Source: a bacterium (GTDB lineage Bacteria > UBA8248 > JACPRG01 > G963555815). From it: 64,000 nt of DNA. Both the position numbers and the translations under genes were made by a program. The DNA is taken from contig CBDFMI010000005.1 in NCBI GenBank assembly GCA_965249615.1, positions 519,462-583,461 of the forward strand. Reading direction: 5' to 3'. Shown piece after piece: positions 48,821 to 60,212 of the stretch. Below the pieces are notes generated by a model. It was given only the letters and a program-made list of their open reading frames with translations. It was not told where the DNA came from and ran no database searches. Position 1 is the first letter of the stretch. Each line of letters opens with the position of its first letter.

Positions 48821-48966
48821 AATATTTGGACATTACCCATAACCCTGCATGTGTTTTAATTTCAGCTGGATGTGGTGGAAAAACATAGAAATTCCCCTGC
48901 AATTCACCTTGATCTCATGCTCAGCGACAGGCATATTTACAGGGGTGTAAAAAGGGGAGGAGCAAG

Positions 48967-49245
48967 ATGAGAAGGTGGTGGGTTATTGGATTATCGGTTT
49001 TGGTCGGTTGCGCATCCCCGCAGGTCGCAATGGTTCATCTGAAATCTAGGGACATTCAGTATTGTAAGGCGGCTGGTCTAGGCGCAGCACCAGCTATTCT
49101 TGCCCAGATATCAGTCACTAACTGCGTAGAACAGCTTGAGGCTTTGGGTTACAAAAAGGCAGAGGATTTAACAGACGAGGAAAGAGCGGGACTGTCTCCG
49201 AAACCAGACCTCTTTGAGGCCGATATTAAGATTGAGAACAAATAA
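48967..49245 (+). CDS. small lipoprotein (signal peptide + lipobox LVGC) encoded in an AT-rich island
   Basis: 92 aa. MRRWWVIGLSVLVGCAS. Strong GGAGG RBS 7 nt upstream. Sigma70-like TTGATC-17-CATATT promoter at about 48916-48944. Local GC is about 45% versus about 62% in the flanks. Confidence 0.5.
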   Translation: MRRWWVIGLSVLVGCASPQVAMVHLKSRDIQYCKAAGLGAAPAILAQISVTNCVEQLEALGYKKAEDLTDEERAGLSPKPDLFEADIKIENK

Positions 49246-49465
49246 AATCCTGGGTTAAAGCCTAAAGGCTTACATTTCAATCCAACCTCCCCCCGATTTC
49301 CGGGTAATGTCCAACTAAAACGTCTCTGACCCCCCCCGGGGGCCCGCTTGACTTTCACAAACCAAGAGCTAACCTTCCTTACAAGTCACCAGGGTATCAA
49401 CGGGTGCTCTGGCAATGCCCGGGGTGTTGATTGGAGACCCGTTTTCAATAAGTTGAGAGGATTTT

Positions 49466-50983
49466 ATGGCAAGTGAGTTCATCGTCAACGCAGAACCCCA
49501 GGAGACCCGCGTGGCCCTCCTAGAGAACAAGGTGGTCACGGAACTCTATGTGGAGCGAAAGCGGGACGAGGGGATTGTGGGAAATGTCTACAAAGGAAAA
49601 GTGACCCGGATCCTCCCCGGGATGCAGGCCGCCTTTGTGGACATCGGCCTCGAGAAGGCGGGATTCCTCTATGTGTCTGATATCGACGTGGAACAAGGAG
49701 AATATGGCCGTCTCTACGAGGAGGATGAAGAGCCAGATATCGAGTTCGACCGCCGGGCGCGCCCGCGTCGATCCCCAACCACCCCCATCGAGAACCTCCT
49801 TCAGACGAGCCAGGACATCCTGGTCCAGGTGACCAAGGACCCCTTTGGGACAAAGGGTTGCCGCCTCACCTCCTACGTCACCCTGCCCGGAAGGTATCTC
49901 GTCTTCATGCCGACCATAGATCAGGTGGGGGTCTCCCGCCGCATCGGAGACGAGGGGGAGCGAAAACGCCTGAAAAAGCTTGTGCGGCGCCTCAAGGCCG
50001 ACGGGGCAGGCTACATCGTGCGGACCGTCGCCGAGGGCCTGGAAGAGGAGGAGTTTCAGAGGGACGCCGGGTTCCTCTCGACCCTCTGGAACAAGGTCCG
50101 CGAGGCCGAGGAGCAAGCGATAGCGCCGGCCATCCTCCACGATGACCTGAACCTGGTCTCTCGCGTTATCCGGGACCTCTTCACCGACGACATCGAGCAC
50201 ATGTTCATCGACTCCCCCGAGGTCTACGCTCAGACCCGGGAGTTTGTGGAGACGTTTTATCCCCACCTCGCCTCTCGAATTGAGCACTACCACGCGCAAG
50301 AGCCCATCTTCGACGCCCACGGCGTGGAGCTGGAGATCGAGCGTGCCCTGGGCCGCCGGGTCTGGCTCAAGTCGGGAGGCTACATCGTCATTGACCAGAC
50401 CGAGGCCCTCGTCAGTATCGATGTCAACACGGGCCGATTCGTCGGAAAGCGCAACCCCGAGGAGACCATCCTCAAGACCAACCTGGAGGCCATCAAAGAG
50501 GTCGTCTACCAACTTCGTCTGCGGAACATCGGCGGGATCATCATTATCGACTTCATCGACATGGAGCGGGGGGATAGCAAGGAAAAGGTCTTTGTGACCC
50601 TGGCCCAGGAACTTCGATCCGACCGATCCCGCACGAGAATCCTGAAGATCTCAGAGCTCGGCCTCGTGGAGATGACCCGAAAGCGGGTGCGGGACAGCCT
50701 CGGCGCGGTCCTCTGTCACCCCTGCCCTTACTGCGACGGCCGGGGCGTAATCAAATCCACCACCACCGTCTGTTACGAGATCTTCCGAGAACTCAGGCGA
50801 GTCTCCAGCCGAGAGGGGCCCGCCGAAAAGATTCTGGTCAACGCCCACCCCGCCGTCGCGGACCTCCTCCTGGAAGAGGAAAGCGTCTATCTGGAGCAGA
50901 TCGAGAAGCAGCTCCAGACCAAGGTGGTGGTGAAGGCCGACAAGGACCTCCACCGGGAAGGTTTTGAGGTGATGGTCCTCTGA
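49466..50983 (+). CDS. rng: ribonuclease G (RNase E/G family)
   Basis: 505 aa. S1 domain (GNVYKGKVTRILPGMQAAFVDIG), DNase I-like catalytic core, and a Zn-link CPxCxGxG near the C-terminus. Confidence 0.85.
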   Translation: MASEFIVNAEPQETRVALLENKVVTELYVERKRDEGIVGNVYKGKVTRILPGMQAAFVDIGLEKAGFLYVSDIDVEQGEYGRLYEEDEEPDIEFDRRARPRRSPTTPIENLLQTSQDILVQVTKDPFGTKGCRLTSYVTLPGRYLVFMPTIDQVGVSRRIGDEGERKRLKKLVRRLKADGAGYIVRTVAEGLEEEEFQRDAGFLSTLWNKVREAEEQAIAPAILHDDLNLVSRVIRDLFTDDIEHMFIDSPEVYAQTREFVETFYPHLASRIEHYHAQEPIFDAHGVELEIERALGRRVWLKSGGYIVIDQTEALVSIDVNTGRFVGKRNPEETILKTNLEAIKEVVYQLRLRNIGGIIIIDFIDMERGDSKEKVFVTLAQELRSDRSRTRILKISELGLVEMTRKRVRDSLGAVLCHPCPYCDGRGVIKSTTTVCYEIFRELRRVSSREGPAEKILVNAHPAVADLLLEEESVYLEQIEKQLQTKVVVKADKDLHREGFEVMVL

Positions 50984-51108
50984 GACCCCCCCTCGCCTTG
51001 ACAGGCTCGCTCAGCGCCACCTATATTCCATCCCCGACTCTCGCGGCAGATCCCAGTCCATGGGAGCCGCGGGAAAAGGCATATCCCTGACCCTCTGGAG
51101 GGATTCTT

Positions 51109-52210
51109 TTGGAAGCTCGCGGGGGACGGTCGGCGTGGATTGCCCTGAACCTTCTTCCAGGTCTCGCGCCGCGACAGATTGAAGTTCTGCTGGCAGGCTT
51201 TGGAGAGCCCGAGGCCATCCTCGAGGCCACCGAGGCCGACCTCCAGGCGCGCGGTCGCCTTTCGGCCAAGTCCGCCTCTCGCGTGTGTGGATTTCAGCGG
51301 CAGAAAGCCCTAGAGGAAGAGCTGCGGGAGGCCGAACGTCTCAAGGTCACGATCATGACCCGGGAGGAGCCTGAGTATCCCGCCTCCTTGCTGGCGATCC
51401 CCGACCCCCCACCTGTCCTTTATGTGCGAGGCGAACTCCTGGAGAGGGATCGACTGGCCATTGCCATCGTGGGGACACGAAAGTCCACAACTTACGGCCG
51501 GCGGACCGCAGAGCGTCTTGGCCGGGGGCTTGCCGAGAAAGGACTCACGGTGGTGGGCGGCATGGCGCGGGGCGTCGACAGCGCTGCCCACCGGGGTGCC
51601 CTCTCGGCGAAAGGTCGTACCGTGGCCGTCTTCGGGAGCGGGCTTGCGAAGCTATATCCCCCTGAGGCAAAGGAGCTTTTTGACGCCATCGCACAGAGTG
51701 GGGCCGTTGTGTCCGAGTGGCCCCTCGCCACCCCTCCCCTCCCTCGCCACTTCCCCCAGAGAAACCGGGTCGTCAGCGGTCTCGCCCTGGGAACAGTGGT
51801 CGTGGAGGCGCCAAAGGCGAGCGGAGCCCTCATTACCGCCCGGTTGGCTGCGGAACAAGGCCGAGACGTGTTCGCCGTGCCGGGACGCGTGGACTCCCCT
51901 CAGAGCGAGGGAGCTCACCGTCTGCTCCGAGAGGGGCCCGGCTCGTGGAGTCGGCCGATGACATCCTGGCCGAACTTCCCCCCGAGCTGGTGGCCCTGCT
52001 TCCCTCGGCACAGGGGGCCCCCGGGAGTGCCCCCCCCTGCCCGCCCCCGAGGCCAAGGTTTTTAGGCTGGTGGGCACGGGAGAAAAGCACATTGACCGCC
52101 TCATTGAGGAGAGCGCCTTGTCGGCAGGAGAAGTCTCCGGGGCTCTCATGAGCCTTGAGCTCAAGGGGCTTGTCCGGCAATTTCCCGGCAAAATCTTTGC
52201 CCGGGCTTGA
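51109..52210 (+). CDS. dprA: DNA processing protein DprA (Smf), spread over three frames by two apparent homopolymer indels
   Basis: Frame 1 carries the Rossmann core (GMARGVDSAAH...VVSGLALGTVVVEAPKASGALITAR...GAHRLLREG). Frame 0 carries ARLVESADDILAELPPELVAL. Frame 2 carries the C-terminal wHTH (PEAKVFRLVG...LELKGLVRQFPGKIFARA-stop at 52210). The junctions fall at the G4 run 51933-51936 and the C8 run 52030-52037. Confidence 0.75.
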
Positions 52211-52342
52211 CGAGGTTTTCGGGATATATATAAGAGAAGGATGTGCAACCCTATGAGATTCACCGCCAGGCATACGGTTCCCGATCGGGTCTCAAGACCC
52301 ATCCTGCGCTCTTTGCAGCGCGGGAAACGGACCTACTAAGCC

Positions 52343-54601
52343 ATGCCAACCTCCCTCGTCATCGTCGAGTCTCCTGCCAAGGCCAAAACTCTAAAAAAAT
52401 TCCTGGGTAAGAATTTTCACATAAAGGCCTCGGTGGGACACGTGAGAGACCTCCCCGAAAAGAAGCTGGGGGTGGATGTAAAAAAAGATTTTGAGCCCCA
52501 GTACGAGGTCATCTCGGGGAAACGAAAGGCGTTGGAGGATCTGAAGAAGGCGGCGGCGAAGACCAAGACCATCTACCTCGCCCCTGACCCGGACCGCGAA
52601 GGGGAAGCCATCGCCTGGCACATCCAGCAGGAACTCGGGCCCGTCACTTCCGCCCACATCTACCGCATCAACTTCAACGAGATCACCAAACAGGCCGTGA
52701 CCCACGCCGTGGAGAACCCCGGGGAGATCGACCCCAACAAAGTCAACGCACAGCAGGCCCGCCGGATCCTGGACCGCCTGGTGGGTTACAAGCTCAGCCC
52801 CCTCCTGGGCCAGCGGCTCAAGAACTGGGGCCTCAGCGCAGGTCGCGTCCAATCCGTAGCGCTTCGGATCGTCTGCGACCGAGAGCGTGAGATCGAGGCC
52901 TTTAAGCCCGAGGAGTACTGGTCACTGACGGCAACCCTGCTGGGCAGGGAGGAGCCCTCCTTCGAGGCGAAGCTCGTCGCACTGGACGGCAAGAAGCCCA
53001 AGATCCGGAATCAAGCCGAAAACGACGCCCTGCTGAAGGAGCTCTCTGGGGCCCAGTTTCAGGTGGCGAAGGTGGAGAAAAAGGAACGGAAGCGAAAGCC
53101 CTTGCCTCCTTTTATCACCTCCACCCTTCAACAAGACGCCTTCCGAAGGCTTCGCTTCTCCGGGAAGAAGACGATGCGTGTGGCCCAGCAACTCTACGAG
53201 GGCCTCGAGCTCGGAGAGCTCGGCGCTCAGGGCCTCATCACCTACATGCGGACCGATTCAACGCGAATTGCCTCCGAGGCCCTCACCGAGGCCCGGGACT
53301 TCATTCAAGATCGTTTCGGAAAGGATTATCTCCCGGCCAAGGCCCAGGTGTATCGAGGGAAGAAGGGGGCCCAAGATGCCCACGAGGCAGTGCGGCCGAC
53401 CTCGGTCCGCCGGGAACCCGACCAGGTCAGCCAGTTTTTGACAAAGGACCAGCTGGTCCTTTATCGGCTCATATGGAACCGCTTTATCGCCTCCCAGATG
53501 AACCCCGCCTGCTATGACCAGACCACCATCGACGCCGCCACGGGACGTTTTGTCTTCCGGGCCACAGGGTCCATCCTGAAATTCCCCGGCTTCACTCGGC
53601 TCTACGAAGAGAGTGAAGATGGAGAGAAAGCCCCGGCCATCCTGCCGACGGTCCAGAAGGAAGAACCCTTGAGCTGCCAGGGTTTGGAAGGGAAACAGCA
53701 TTTCACCCAGCCGCCTGCGCGCTACACCGAGGCGAGCCTGATCAAGACCCTGGAGCAGGAGGGGATCGGACGGCCGAGCACCTACGCCGCCATCCTCAGC
53801 ACCCTGTCAGCGCGGGATTACGTCCGAACAGAAAAACGCCAACTCATTCCCACCCCCGTTGGCCTCATGATCTCAGACCTCCTGACCCAGCACTTCCCCA
53901 GTCTGATGGACCTCGGGTTCACGGCCGAGATGGAGTCCCGCCTGGATCGGATCGAGGAGGGCCGGGACAACTGGGTGAAAACCCTCGAGAAATTTTACGC
54001 TGACTTCGAGTCAGACCTGGAGCGGGCCAAGGACACCCTGACCGAACCCGAGGTGCTGAAGGATCGCAAGTGTCCGGACTGCGGGTCTAACCTGGCCAAG
54101 CGACCCGGATCTTACGGGATGTTCATCGGGTGCACCGGATATCCGGACTGCCGATACCGGGAGTCCCTGGAAAAGCGGGAGGTGGCGCCGCCCGTGGAGA
54201 CGGACATCGAGTGCGATCTCTGCGGGGCAAAAATGGTGGAAAAGGACGGCCGCTTCGGCCGGTTCCTCTCCTGCTCGACTTACCCCAAATGCAAAAACGC
54301 AAAACCCCTTCCGACCGACATCTCCTGTCTCTCACCGGGTTGTGATGGAGAGCTGACTCGACGGCGCTCCAAACGGGGTCGCTTCTTCTACGGGTGCAAC
54401 CGCTATCCCAAGTGCTCTTTTGTCGCCTGGTCTCGCCCGGTGCCGCGCCCATGTCCTCTGTGTGAGTCCCCCTATTTGGTGGAAGGCCGAAACGGCCTCC
54501 GCTGCCCCACAAAGGGCTGCGGCCACCAGGAGCCCCTTCCAGAGGCCGCCGAAGAGAAGGGGGCCGCCGCTGTTGTAGAGGGAGGACCTCCGGCCAAGTG
54601 A
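52343..54601 (+). CDS. topA: DNA topoisomerase I with C-terminal zinc ribbons
   Basis: 752 aa. TOPRIM ([10 protein letters not shown]), active-site tyrosine region (YMRTDST), and at least 3 CxxC...CxxC Zn ribbons. Confidence 0.9.
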   Translation: MPTSLVIVESPAKAKTLKKFLGKNFHIKASVGHVRDLPEKKLGVDVKKDFEPQYEVISGKRKALEDLKKAAAKTKTIYLAPDPDREGEAIAWHIQQELGPVTSAHIYRINFNEITKQAVTHAVENPGEIDPNKVNAQQARRILDRLVGYKLSPLLGQRLKNWGLSAGRVQSVALRIVCDREREIEAFKPEEYWSLTATLLGREEPSFEAKLVALDGKKPKIRNQAENDALLKELSGAQFQVAKVEKKERKRKPLPPFITSTLQQDAFRRLRFSGKKTMRVAQQLYEGLELGELGAQGLITYMRTDSTRIASEALTEARDFIQDRFGKDYLPAKAQVYRGKKGAQDAHEAVRPTSVRREPDQVSQFLTKDQLVLYRLIWNRFIASQMNPACYDQTTIDAATGRFVFRATGSILKFPGFTRLYEESEDGEKAPAILPTVQKEEPLSCQGLEGKQHFTQPPARYTEASLIKTLEQEGIGRPSTYAAILSTLSARDYVRTEKRQLIPTPVGLMISDLLTQHFPSLMDLGFTAEMESRLDRIEEGRDNWVKTLEKFYADFESDLERAKDTLTEPEVLKDRKCPDCGSNLAKRPGSYGMFIGCTGYPDCRYRESLEKREVAPPVETDIECDLCGAKMVEKDGRFGRFLSCSTYPKCKNAKPLPTDISCLSPGCDGELTRRRSKRGRFFYGCNRYPKCSFVAWSRPVPRPCPLCESPYLVEGRNGLRCPTKGCGHQEPLPEAAEEKGAAAVVEGGPPAK

Positions 54602-55911
54602 GCGGCCATGTCACCATCATCGGCGGTGGGCTTGCCGGGGTAGAGGCCGCCTGGCAGGCTGCCGAGCGGGGTGCGCAGGTTTCTCTCTACGAGATGCGCC
54701 CCGTCCAGATGACGCCTGCTCACAAGACAGGAGACCTGGCCGAGCTCGTCTGCAGCAACTCCCTCAAGTCAGATGGTCTCACGACGGCGCCCGGCCTCCT
54801 GAAGGCGGAGCTAAGGGCCCTCGGCTCTCTGGTGATGGAGGCCGCCGACCAGCACCGCGTCCCGGCGGGTCTCGCACTCGCTGTTGACCGGACCGCCTTC
54901 TCACAGACCCTGACGGACCGCGTTGGGTCTCACCCCCGGATCGAGATCCACCGAGAAGAAGTGAAGATTATGCCGGCCTGCGACCCCCTCATCCTGGCGA
55001 CGGGGCCCCTGACCTCCTCGGCCCTTGCCCGGGAACTGGCGACCCTCACCCAGGAGCACTACCTCTATTTCTACGACGCCATCTCTCCCATTGTGGACGG
55101 GCAGACGGTTGACGGCTCCAAAACCTTCTTCGCTTCCCGATACGGGAAGGGAGGGGATGATTATCTGAACTGCGGTCTATCCCAGGAGGAGTACCAGCTC
55201 TTCTGGAAGGCTCTCCTTGAGGCCGAGAAGGTCCCCCTTCACTCCTTCGAGAAGGCCATGTACTTTGAGGGGTGTCTTCCCATCGAGGAAATGGCAAGCC
55301 GGGGGGAAAAGGTCCTCGCCTTTGGTCCCATGAAGCCGGTCGGCCTCGCCCATCCGAGGACGGGAACGCGCTATCACGCCGTCGCACAACTGCGGCGCGA
55401 GAATACGGCGGGCGAGTCATACAACCTCGTCGGCTTTCAGACGAAGCTCACCTATCCCGAACAAAAGCGTGTCTTTCGGATGATCCCGGGTCTGGAGGAG
55501 GCCGCGTTCTTCAGATATGGGAGCCTCCACCGAAACACTTTTTTGAACGCCCCTCGGCTTCTTCGACCAAGCCTCCAGCTCAAGGGGCACGCCCACATCT
55601 TCATCGCAGGTCAGATCACCGGGGTGGAGGGATATCTGGAGTCTGCGGCGACGGGCTGGCTGGCCGGCGTGGGGGCGTTCCACCGTCTCTCAGACCTCCC
55701 CTTTCCTTCCCCTCCCCCAACCACCGCCCTAGGTTCTCTGATTCACTACATCACGTCAGCCGACCCTGCCCACTTCCAACCCGTCAATATCAACTATGGC
55801 CTCATTCCCCCCGTAGACTCCCGGGCCCCTAAGAAGGAGCGTCGCCAACAGATCGCCCAAAGGGCTCTAGAGGATCTCGAGCGGTGGAAAAAGGATCCCG
55901 AATCCGTCTAA
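54598..55911 (+). CDS. trmFO: methylenetetrahydrofolate--tRNA-(uracil54-C5)-methyltransferase TrmFO
   Basis: 437 aa. FAD motif [12 protein letters not shown]. gid/trmFO position after topA as in Bacillus. Confidence 0.85.
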   Translation: MSGHVTIIGGGLAGVEAAWQAAERGAQVSLYEMRPVQMTPAHKTGDLAELVCSNSLKSDGLTTAPGLLKAELRALGSLVMEAADQHRVPAGLALAVDRTAFSQTLTDRVGSHPRIEIHREEVKIMPACDPLILATGPLTSSALARELATLTQEHYLYFYDAISPIVDGQTVDGSKTFFASRYGKGGDDYLNCGLSQEEYQLFWKALLEAEKVPLHSFEKAMYFEGCLPIEEMASRGEKVLAFGPMKPVGLAHPRTGTRYHAVAQLRRENTAGESYNLVGFQTKLTYPEQKRVFRMIPGLEEAAFFRYGSLHRNTFLNAPRLLRPSLQLKGHAHIFIAGQITGVEGYLESAATGWLAGVGAFHRLSDLPFPSPPPTTALGSLIHYITSADPAHFQPVNINYGLIPPVDSRAPKKERRQQIAQRALEDLERWKKDPESV

Positions 55912-56846
55912 AGGAGGCCATCCGCCGATTTGAGCGTCACCTCTCGCTCGAGCGGGACGCCTCGGCCCACACCCGCAGAAACTATGGGCGGGACCTCGCC
56001 GATTTCTCGGATTTTCTGGCCCAGTGGGGGAAAAAAGACCCCGAGGTCTCGGAGATCGACCGCCTGGCCCTTCGGGCCTACTTGGCGGCCCTCCATCAGA
56101 GGGGAAACCGGCCGGCCACTGTCTCCCGAAAGCTGAGTACCCTGAGGAGTTGCTTTAAATTCCTTCAGCGGGAGGGCCTCCTTTCAGGCGACCCAACGAC
56201 CACCCTCACCCCTCCCCGCAGGGAGCAACGACTCCCCAGGACCCTGACCGTGGACGAGGCCTTCCGGCTGATGAAGGCCCCAAAGGGGGAAGGACCGCTC
56301 CAGCAACGGGATCGGGCCATGTGGGAGGTGTTATACTCGACCGGGATCCGAGTGAGCGAGCTGGTTGGCCTCGATCTGGCGCATGTGGACTTAGAGGGAG
56401 GGTCCCTTCGGGTGATGGGGAAGGGGAAAAAAGAGCGCTTCGTCCCTCTCGGGAGCCACGCTAAAGAGGCCCTCTCGCAATATCTCACGGTTCGCCAAAA
56501 GGTCTCCCCATCGGAGGAAGGAGAGCCCCTCTTCCTCAACGCCCGCGGGTCACGCCTGACTTCGCGGGGCGTGCGGGGTCTCCTCCACCGACACCTCACA
56601 GAGATAGGACTATCGGGGCGCGCCTCGCCCCACTCCCTTCGGCATTCCACGGCCACCCACCTCCTGGAGGCGGGGGCCAACCTGCGGGACATCCAGGAGC
56701 TCCTCGGCCACAGCTCCCTCTCGACGACACAAAAATACACCCACCTCGCCCTGGACCATCTCTATGCCGTCTACGACCGGGCCCATCCCCGCGCCCGCCC
56801 GAAGAGACCATCCTCACAGACACGGGATTCGAAGGGTAAATCATGA
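55884..56846 (+). CDS. xerC: tyrosine recombinase XerC
   Basis: 320 aa. R...HxxR...Y catalytic motifs ([27 protein letters not shown]). Confidence 0.85.
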   Translation: MEKGSRIRLKEAIRRFERHLSLERDASAHTRRNYGRDLADFSDFLAQWGKKDPEVSEIDRLALRAYLAALHQRGNRPATVSRKLSTLRSCFKFLQREGLLSGDPTTTLTPPRREQRLPRTLTVDEAFRLMKAPKGEGPLQQRDRAMWEVLYSTGIRVSELVGLDLAHVDLEGGSLRVMGKGKKERFVPLGSHAKEALSQYLTVRQKVSPSEEGEPLFLNARGSRLTSRGVRGLLHRHLTEIGLSGRASPHSLRHSTATHLLEAGANLRDIQELLGHSSLSTTQKYTHLALDHLYAVYDRAHPRARPKRPSSQTRDSKGKS

Positions 56847-57370
56847 TCCGATCGACGACCATCCTGGCCGTGCGGCGCAACGGGCAAGTGGCCATGGGGG
56901 GAGACGGCCAGGTGACCATCGGCAATACGGTCATGAAGCAACATGCCGACAAGGTTCGCCGTATGTATAAAGACCAAGTCCTGACGGGTTTTGCGGGAAG
57001 CGCTGCTGACGCCCTCGCCCTCTTTAGCAAGTTCGAGGGCAAGCTCGAGGAGTATCACGGCAACCTCCCCAGGGCCTCTGTGGAGCTGGCCAAAGAATGG
57101 AGGACGGACCGGATCCTTCGCCGCCTGGAGGCGCTCCTTGCCGTCGCGGACCGGGACCACGCTTTCATCGTGTCCGGTTCCGGGGACATCATCGAGCCTG
57201 ACGACGGCATCGTCGGGATCGGGTCCGGGGGACCTTACGCCGTGGCGGCCGCCCGCGCCCTGATCGCCCGAACCGAGATGGGCGCCGAGGAGATCGTCCG
57301 GGAGGCCATGACCATCGCCGCATCCCTCTGCATCTACACCAACGAAGTCCTTCACGTCGAAGTCCTCTGA
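56843..57370 (+). CDS. hslV: ATP-dependent protease subunit HslV
   Basis: 175 aa. [13 protein letters not shown]...GSGGPYA, highly similar to HslV. Confidence 0.85.
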   Translation: MIRSTTILAVRRNGQVAMGGDGQVTIGNTVMKQHADKVRRMYKDQVLTGFAGSAADALALFSKFEGKLEEYHGNLPRASVELAKEWRTDRILRRLEALLAVADRDHAFIVSGSGDIIEPDDGIVGIGSGGPYAVAAARALIARTEMGAEEIVREAMTIAASLCIYTNEVLHVEVL

Positions 57371-57371
57371 G

Positions 57372-58772
57372 ATGGAAGACCTCACCCCACGCCAGATCGT
57401 GGAGGCCCTGGACCGATATATCATCGGCCAGTTGGCGGCCAAGCGGGCGGTCGCCATCGCCCTTCGAAACCGCTGGCGGCACCGCCAACTCCCCCCTGAG
57501 CTCCAGGAGGAGGTGGTCCCTAAAAACATCATCATGATCGGGCCCACCGGCGTGGGCAAAACGGAGATCGCCCGCCGGCTCGCCCGCCTGGCCAAGAGCC
57601 CCTTCCTCAAGGTGGAGGCCTCAAAATTCACCGAGGTCGGCTATGTGGGCCGCGACGTGGAGTCCATGATCCGGGACCTGACGGAACTCGCAAAGAACAT
57701 GGTGGAGTCCGAGCACAAACAGACGGTGGAGGAAAGGGCCGAGGCGCTGGCTGAGGAGAGGGTCCTGGACGCCCTCATTCCACCGGGGTCCACTGAGGCC
57801 GTGCCCGAGGTGGAGCCGGAGGCCGCACCTGCGGTCGCTGGCCCGCAGCGCTTTGACTACATCGGTCCGGAGACCCCTTCGGCCCCACGGGGCCAGCACA
57901 GCCGCGAAAAGATCCGCAAGCTCCTGCGGGCAGGAAAACTGGATGACCGAGAAGTTGAGATCGAGGTCGCCCTCAAAGTCACGCCCATGATCGGTGTCGT
58001 CCCCGGCGCCGGCCTTGACGACCTCGACACCAACCTGAAGGAGATGCTGGGCGGGATCCTTCCCGAGCGAAGAAAGCGCCGCAAGGTCAACCTTTCCGAG
58101 GCCCACCGCATCTTCAAGGAAGAGGAGGCCGCAAAGCTCATCGACATGGACAAGGTGCTCCACGAGGCCATCCAACGGGTCGAGGAGTCCGGGATCGTCT
58201 TCATCGACGAGATCGACAAGGTCGCAAGCCGGGATCGGACGATGGGCCCCGACGTTTCCCGCGAGGGGGTCCAGCGGGACATCCTTCCCATCATTGAGGG
58301 AACCTCAGTCGGCACCCGCTATGGGACGGTCCGCACGGATCACGTCCTCTTCATCGCAGCGGGGGCCTTCCATATGACAAAGCCCTCAGACCTCATCCCC
58401 GAACTCCAGGGGCGCTTCCCCATCCGGGTCGAGCTCGACGCCCTCGGGGAGGAGGAATTCGTTCGGATCCTCACCGAGCCTCAAAACGCCCTCACCCGCC
58501 AGTACACGGAACTCCTGGCCACAGATGGGGTGCAGATTGTCTTCACCCCAGAGGGCATCCGCGAGATTGCCCGCCTCGCCGCCCTCGTTAACACCCGGGC
58601 AGAAAATATCGGGGCCCGTCGTCTCCACACGGTTCTGGAAAAACTTCTGGACAAGATCTCCTTTGAGGCCCCAAACTCGAAGGAGAAAAAGGTCACCATC
58701 GACCGGGACTATGTCCAAACCCGCCTCCAGAACATCATCCAGGACGAAGACTTGAGTCGATACATCCTCTGA
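57372..58772 (+). CDS. hslU: ATP-dependent protease ATPase subunit HslU
   Basis: 466 aa. Walker A GPTGVGKT and Walker B FIDEIDK. Confidence 0.9.
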   Translation: MEDLTPRQIVEALDRYIIGQLAAKRAVAIALRNRWRHRQLPPELQEEVVPKNIIMIGPTGVGKTEIARRLARLAKSPFLKVEASKFTEVGYVGRDVESMIRDLTELAKNMVESEHKQTVEERAEALAEERVLDALIPPGSTEAVPEVEPEAAPAVAGPQRFDYIGPETPSAPRGQHSREKIRKLLRAGKLDDREVEIEVALKVTPMIGVVPGAGLDDLDTNLKEMLGGILPERRKRRKVNLSEAHRIFKEEEAAKLIDMDKVLHEAIQRVEESGIVFIDEIDKVASRDRTMGPDVSREGVQRDILPIIEGTSVGTRYGTVRTDHVLFIAAGAFHMTKPSDLIPELQGRFPIRVELDALGEEEFVRILTEPQNALTRQYTELLATDGVQIVFTPEGIREIARLAALVNTRAENIGARRLHTVLEKLLDKISFEAPNSKEKKVTIDRDYVQTRLQNIIQDEDLSRYIL

Positions 58773-58858
58773 TTCGTCTGGACAATTTGGGTTAAAGGAA
58801 CTCGCAGGGGACTAGTATGTAAGGGTTCTTCAACGACCGGTCCGACAGGGAGCGCACG

Positions 58859-59737
58859 ATGACGCTCACGCCTCAAGAAAAAACACGGATTCTCGTCCAG
58901 GCCCTTCCCTATATCCGCCAATTTCGCGGAAAGACGCTCGTCATCAAGTACGGGGGAAGCGCCATGGAGGAGGAGTCCCTTCGTGACGCCTTCGCTGAGG
59001 ATGTGACCTTCCTGAACTTCATCGGCATCCGGACCATCGTCGTTCACGGAGGGGGCCCTCAGATCGGGGAGGCACTGGAACTCCGGGGAAAGAAAAGCGA
59101 GTTCGTGATGGGGCTCCGGGTGACGGACGCCGAGACCATGGACGTCGTCTCTGCGGTCCTGGGGGAGAAGATCAACAAGGACATCGTGAACCTGATTAAC
59201 ACGCACGGGGGGCAGGCGGTGGGCCTCTCGGGAGCGGACGGCGGGGCCCTGCGGGCCCGGAAACTCAGCCTCAACCCCCCTGCGGGTTGGAAGGGCAAGC
59301 CCCCTGAGCTGGGGATGGTGGGAGAGGTGACGGGCGTGGACACCGCTTTGCTGGGCCGCCTAGGGGATGGGGGTTTTGTCCCGGTGGTGGCTCCCCTCGG
59401 GGTGGGTGAGGACGGCCTCCTCTATAACATTAACGCCGACAGCGCCGCAGGAAGCCTGGCGGCGGCCTTAGGGGCGGAGAAGCTCGTCTACCTCACGGAC
59501 GTCGTCGGGGTCCAGGACGACGGGCAAAAACTCATCTCCTCTCTTTCCAAGACACAGGTCGAAGATCTCAAGAGCAGAGGGGTTATCTCGGGCGGGATGA
59601 TCCCCAAGGTGGACACCGGCCTTCGAGCCATCGAGGCGGGAGTCAAGAAGACCCACGTCATCGATGGCCGAATCCCCCACGCCCTCCTTCTAGAGATCTT
59701 CACGGACGAAGGGATCGGGACAGAGATTGTCTTGTGA
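58859..59737 (+). CDS. argB: acetylglutamate kinase
   Basis: 292 aa. VIKYGGSAM and VVHGGGPQI motifs. Confidence 0.85.
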   Translation: MTLTPQEKTRILVQALPYIRQFRGKTLVIKYGGSAMEEESLRDAFAEDVTFLNFIGIRTIVVHGGGPQIGEALELRGKKSEFVMGLRVTDAETMDVVSAVLGEKINKDIVNLINTHGGQAVGLSGADGGALRARKLSLNPPAGWKGKPPELGMVGEVTGVDTALLGRLGDGGFVPVVAPLGVGEDGLLYNINADSAAGSLAAALGAEKLVYLTDVVGVQDDGQKLISSLSKTQVEDLKSRGVISGGMIPKVDTGLRAIEAGVKKTHVIDGRIPHALLLEIFTDEGIGTEIVL

Positions 59738-59747
59738 GCATAAAAAA

Positions 59748-59798
59748 AGGGGGCGCGGCTGCAAAGCTCACATGCCGCCCCCCTCTTGTTTGCTTTCT
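59748..59798. terminator. intrinsic terminator after argB, flanked by an A-run and a T-rich tract (potentially bidirectional)
   Basis: aaaaaaa-GGGGGCGCGGC-[14-nt loop]-GCCGCCCCCC-tcttgtttgctttc. About 10-bp GC stem with one mismatch. Lies between convergent genes. Confidence 0.6.
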
Positions 59799-59841
59799 AG
59801 AAGCGCTTTTTAGTCTTCTGTGACCCCAGGGGCGTGTCCCT

Positions 59842-60180
59842 TTATTTCGCACCCGCCTTCAGATGCTTAATCGCCTCCTGAACCCCCTCGATCCGATGCT
59901 CGAAACTTTCCAGCGGGGTCACCTGCCATTTGATGATCCCCCAGAAGGGCAGGCTCTCCAATAGCCGGCTCAACTCGTCGTGGGACGGCGCATCCACGAT
60001 AAACACGCCGGATCTGGCTCCGGCCTCAAGCCCTCCAGCCAGGATTTTTCCGTCCTTCTCCAGCTTGACCAAAGCCTGAAAACTGGGGACAACGAGGTTT
60101 TCTAAAATCCCGGCCACCTGCTGTGGGGAGAGCAGCGGACCCGGGTCAATTAAATCCATCCTGACAAGATATTTCATCAC
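59842..60180 (-). CDS. muconolactone delta-isomerase-like (MIase fold) small protein, cytoplasmic paralog
   Basis: 112 aa. The pattern YLVRMDLIDPGP...PFWGIIKWQVTPLESF resembles the MIase family hV+M..LP...LP.....V.PL. Confidence 0.45.
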   Translation of the reverse strand: MMKYLVRMDLIDPGPLLSPQQVAGILENLVVPSFQALVKLEKDGKILAGGLEAGARSGVFIVDAPSHDELSRLLESLPFWGIIKWQVTPLESFEHRIEGVQEAIKHLKAGAK

Positions 60181-60212
60181 TCGCTCTCAAGCCGGGACTG
60201 TCCCTACGACCG

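Noticed and set aside
56843-56860. HslV apparently starting MIRS-TTIL rather than M-TT
   Set aside because: Probably a short propeptide or mis-called start. The catalytic Thr-Thr is present and the rest of the protein is canonical.
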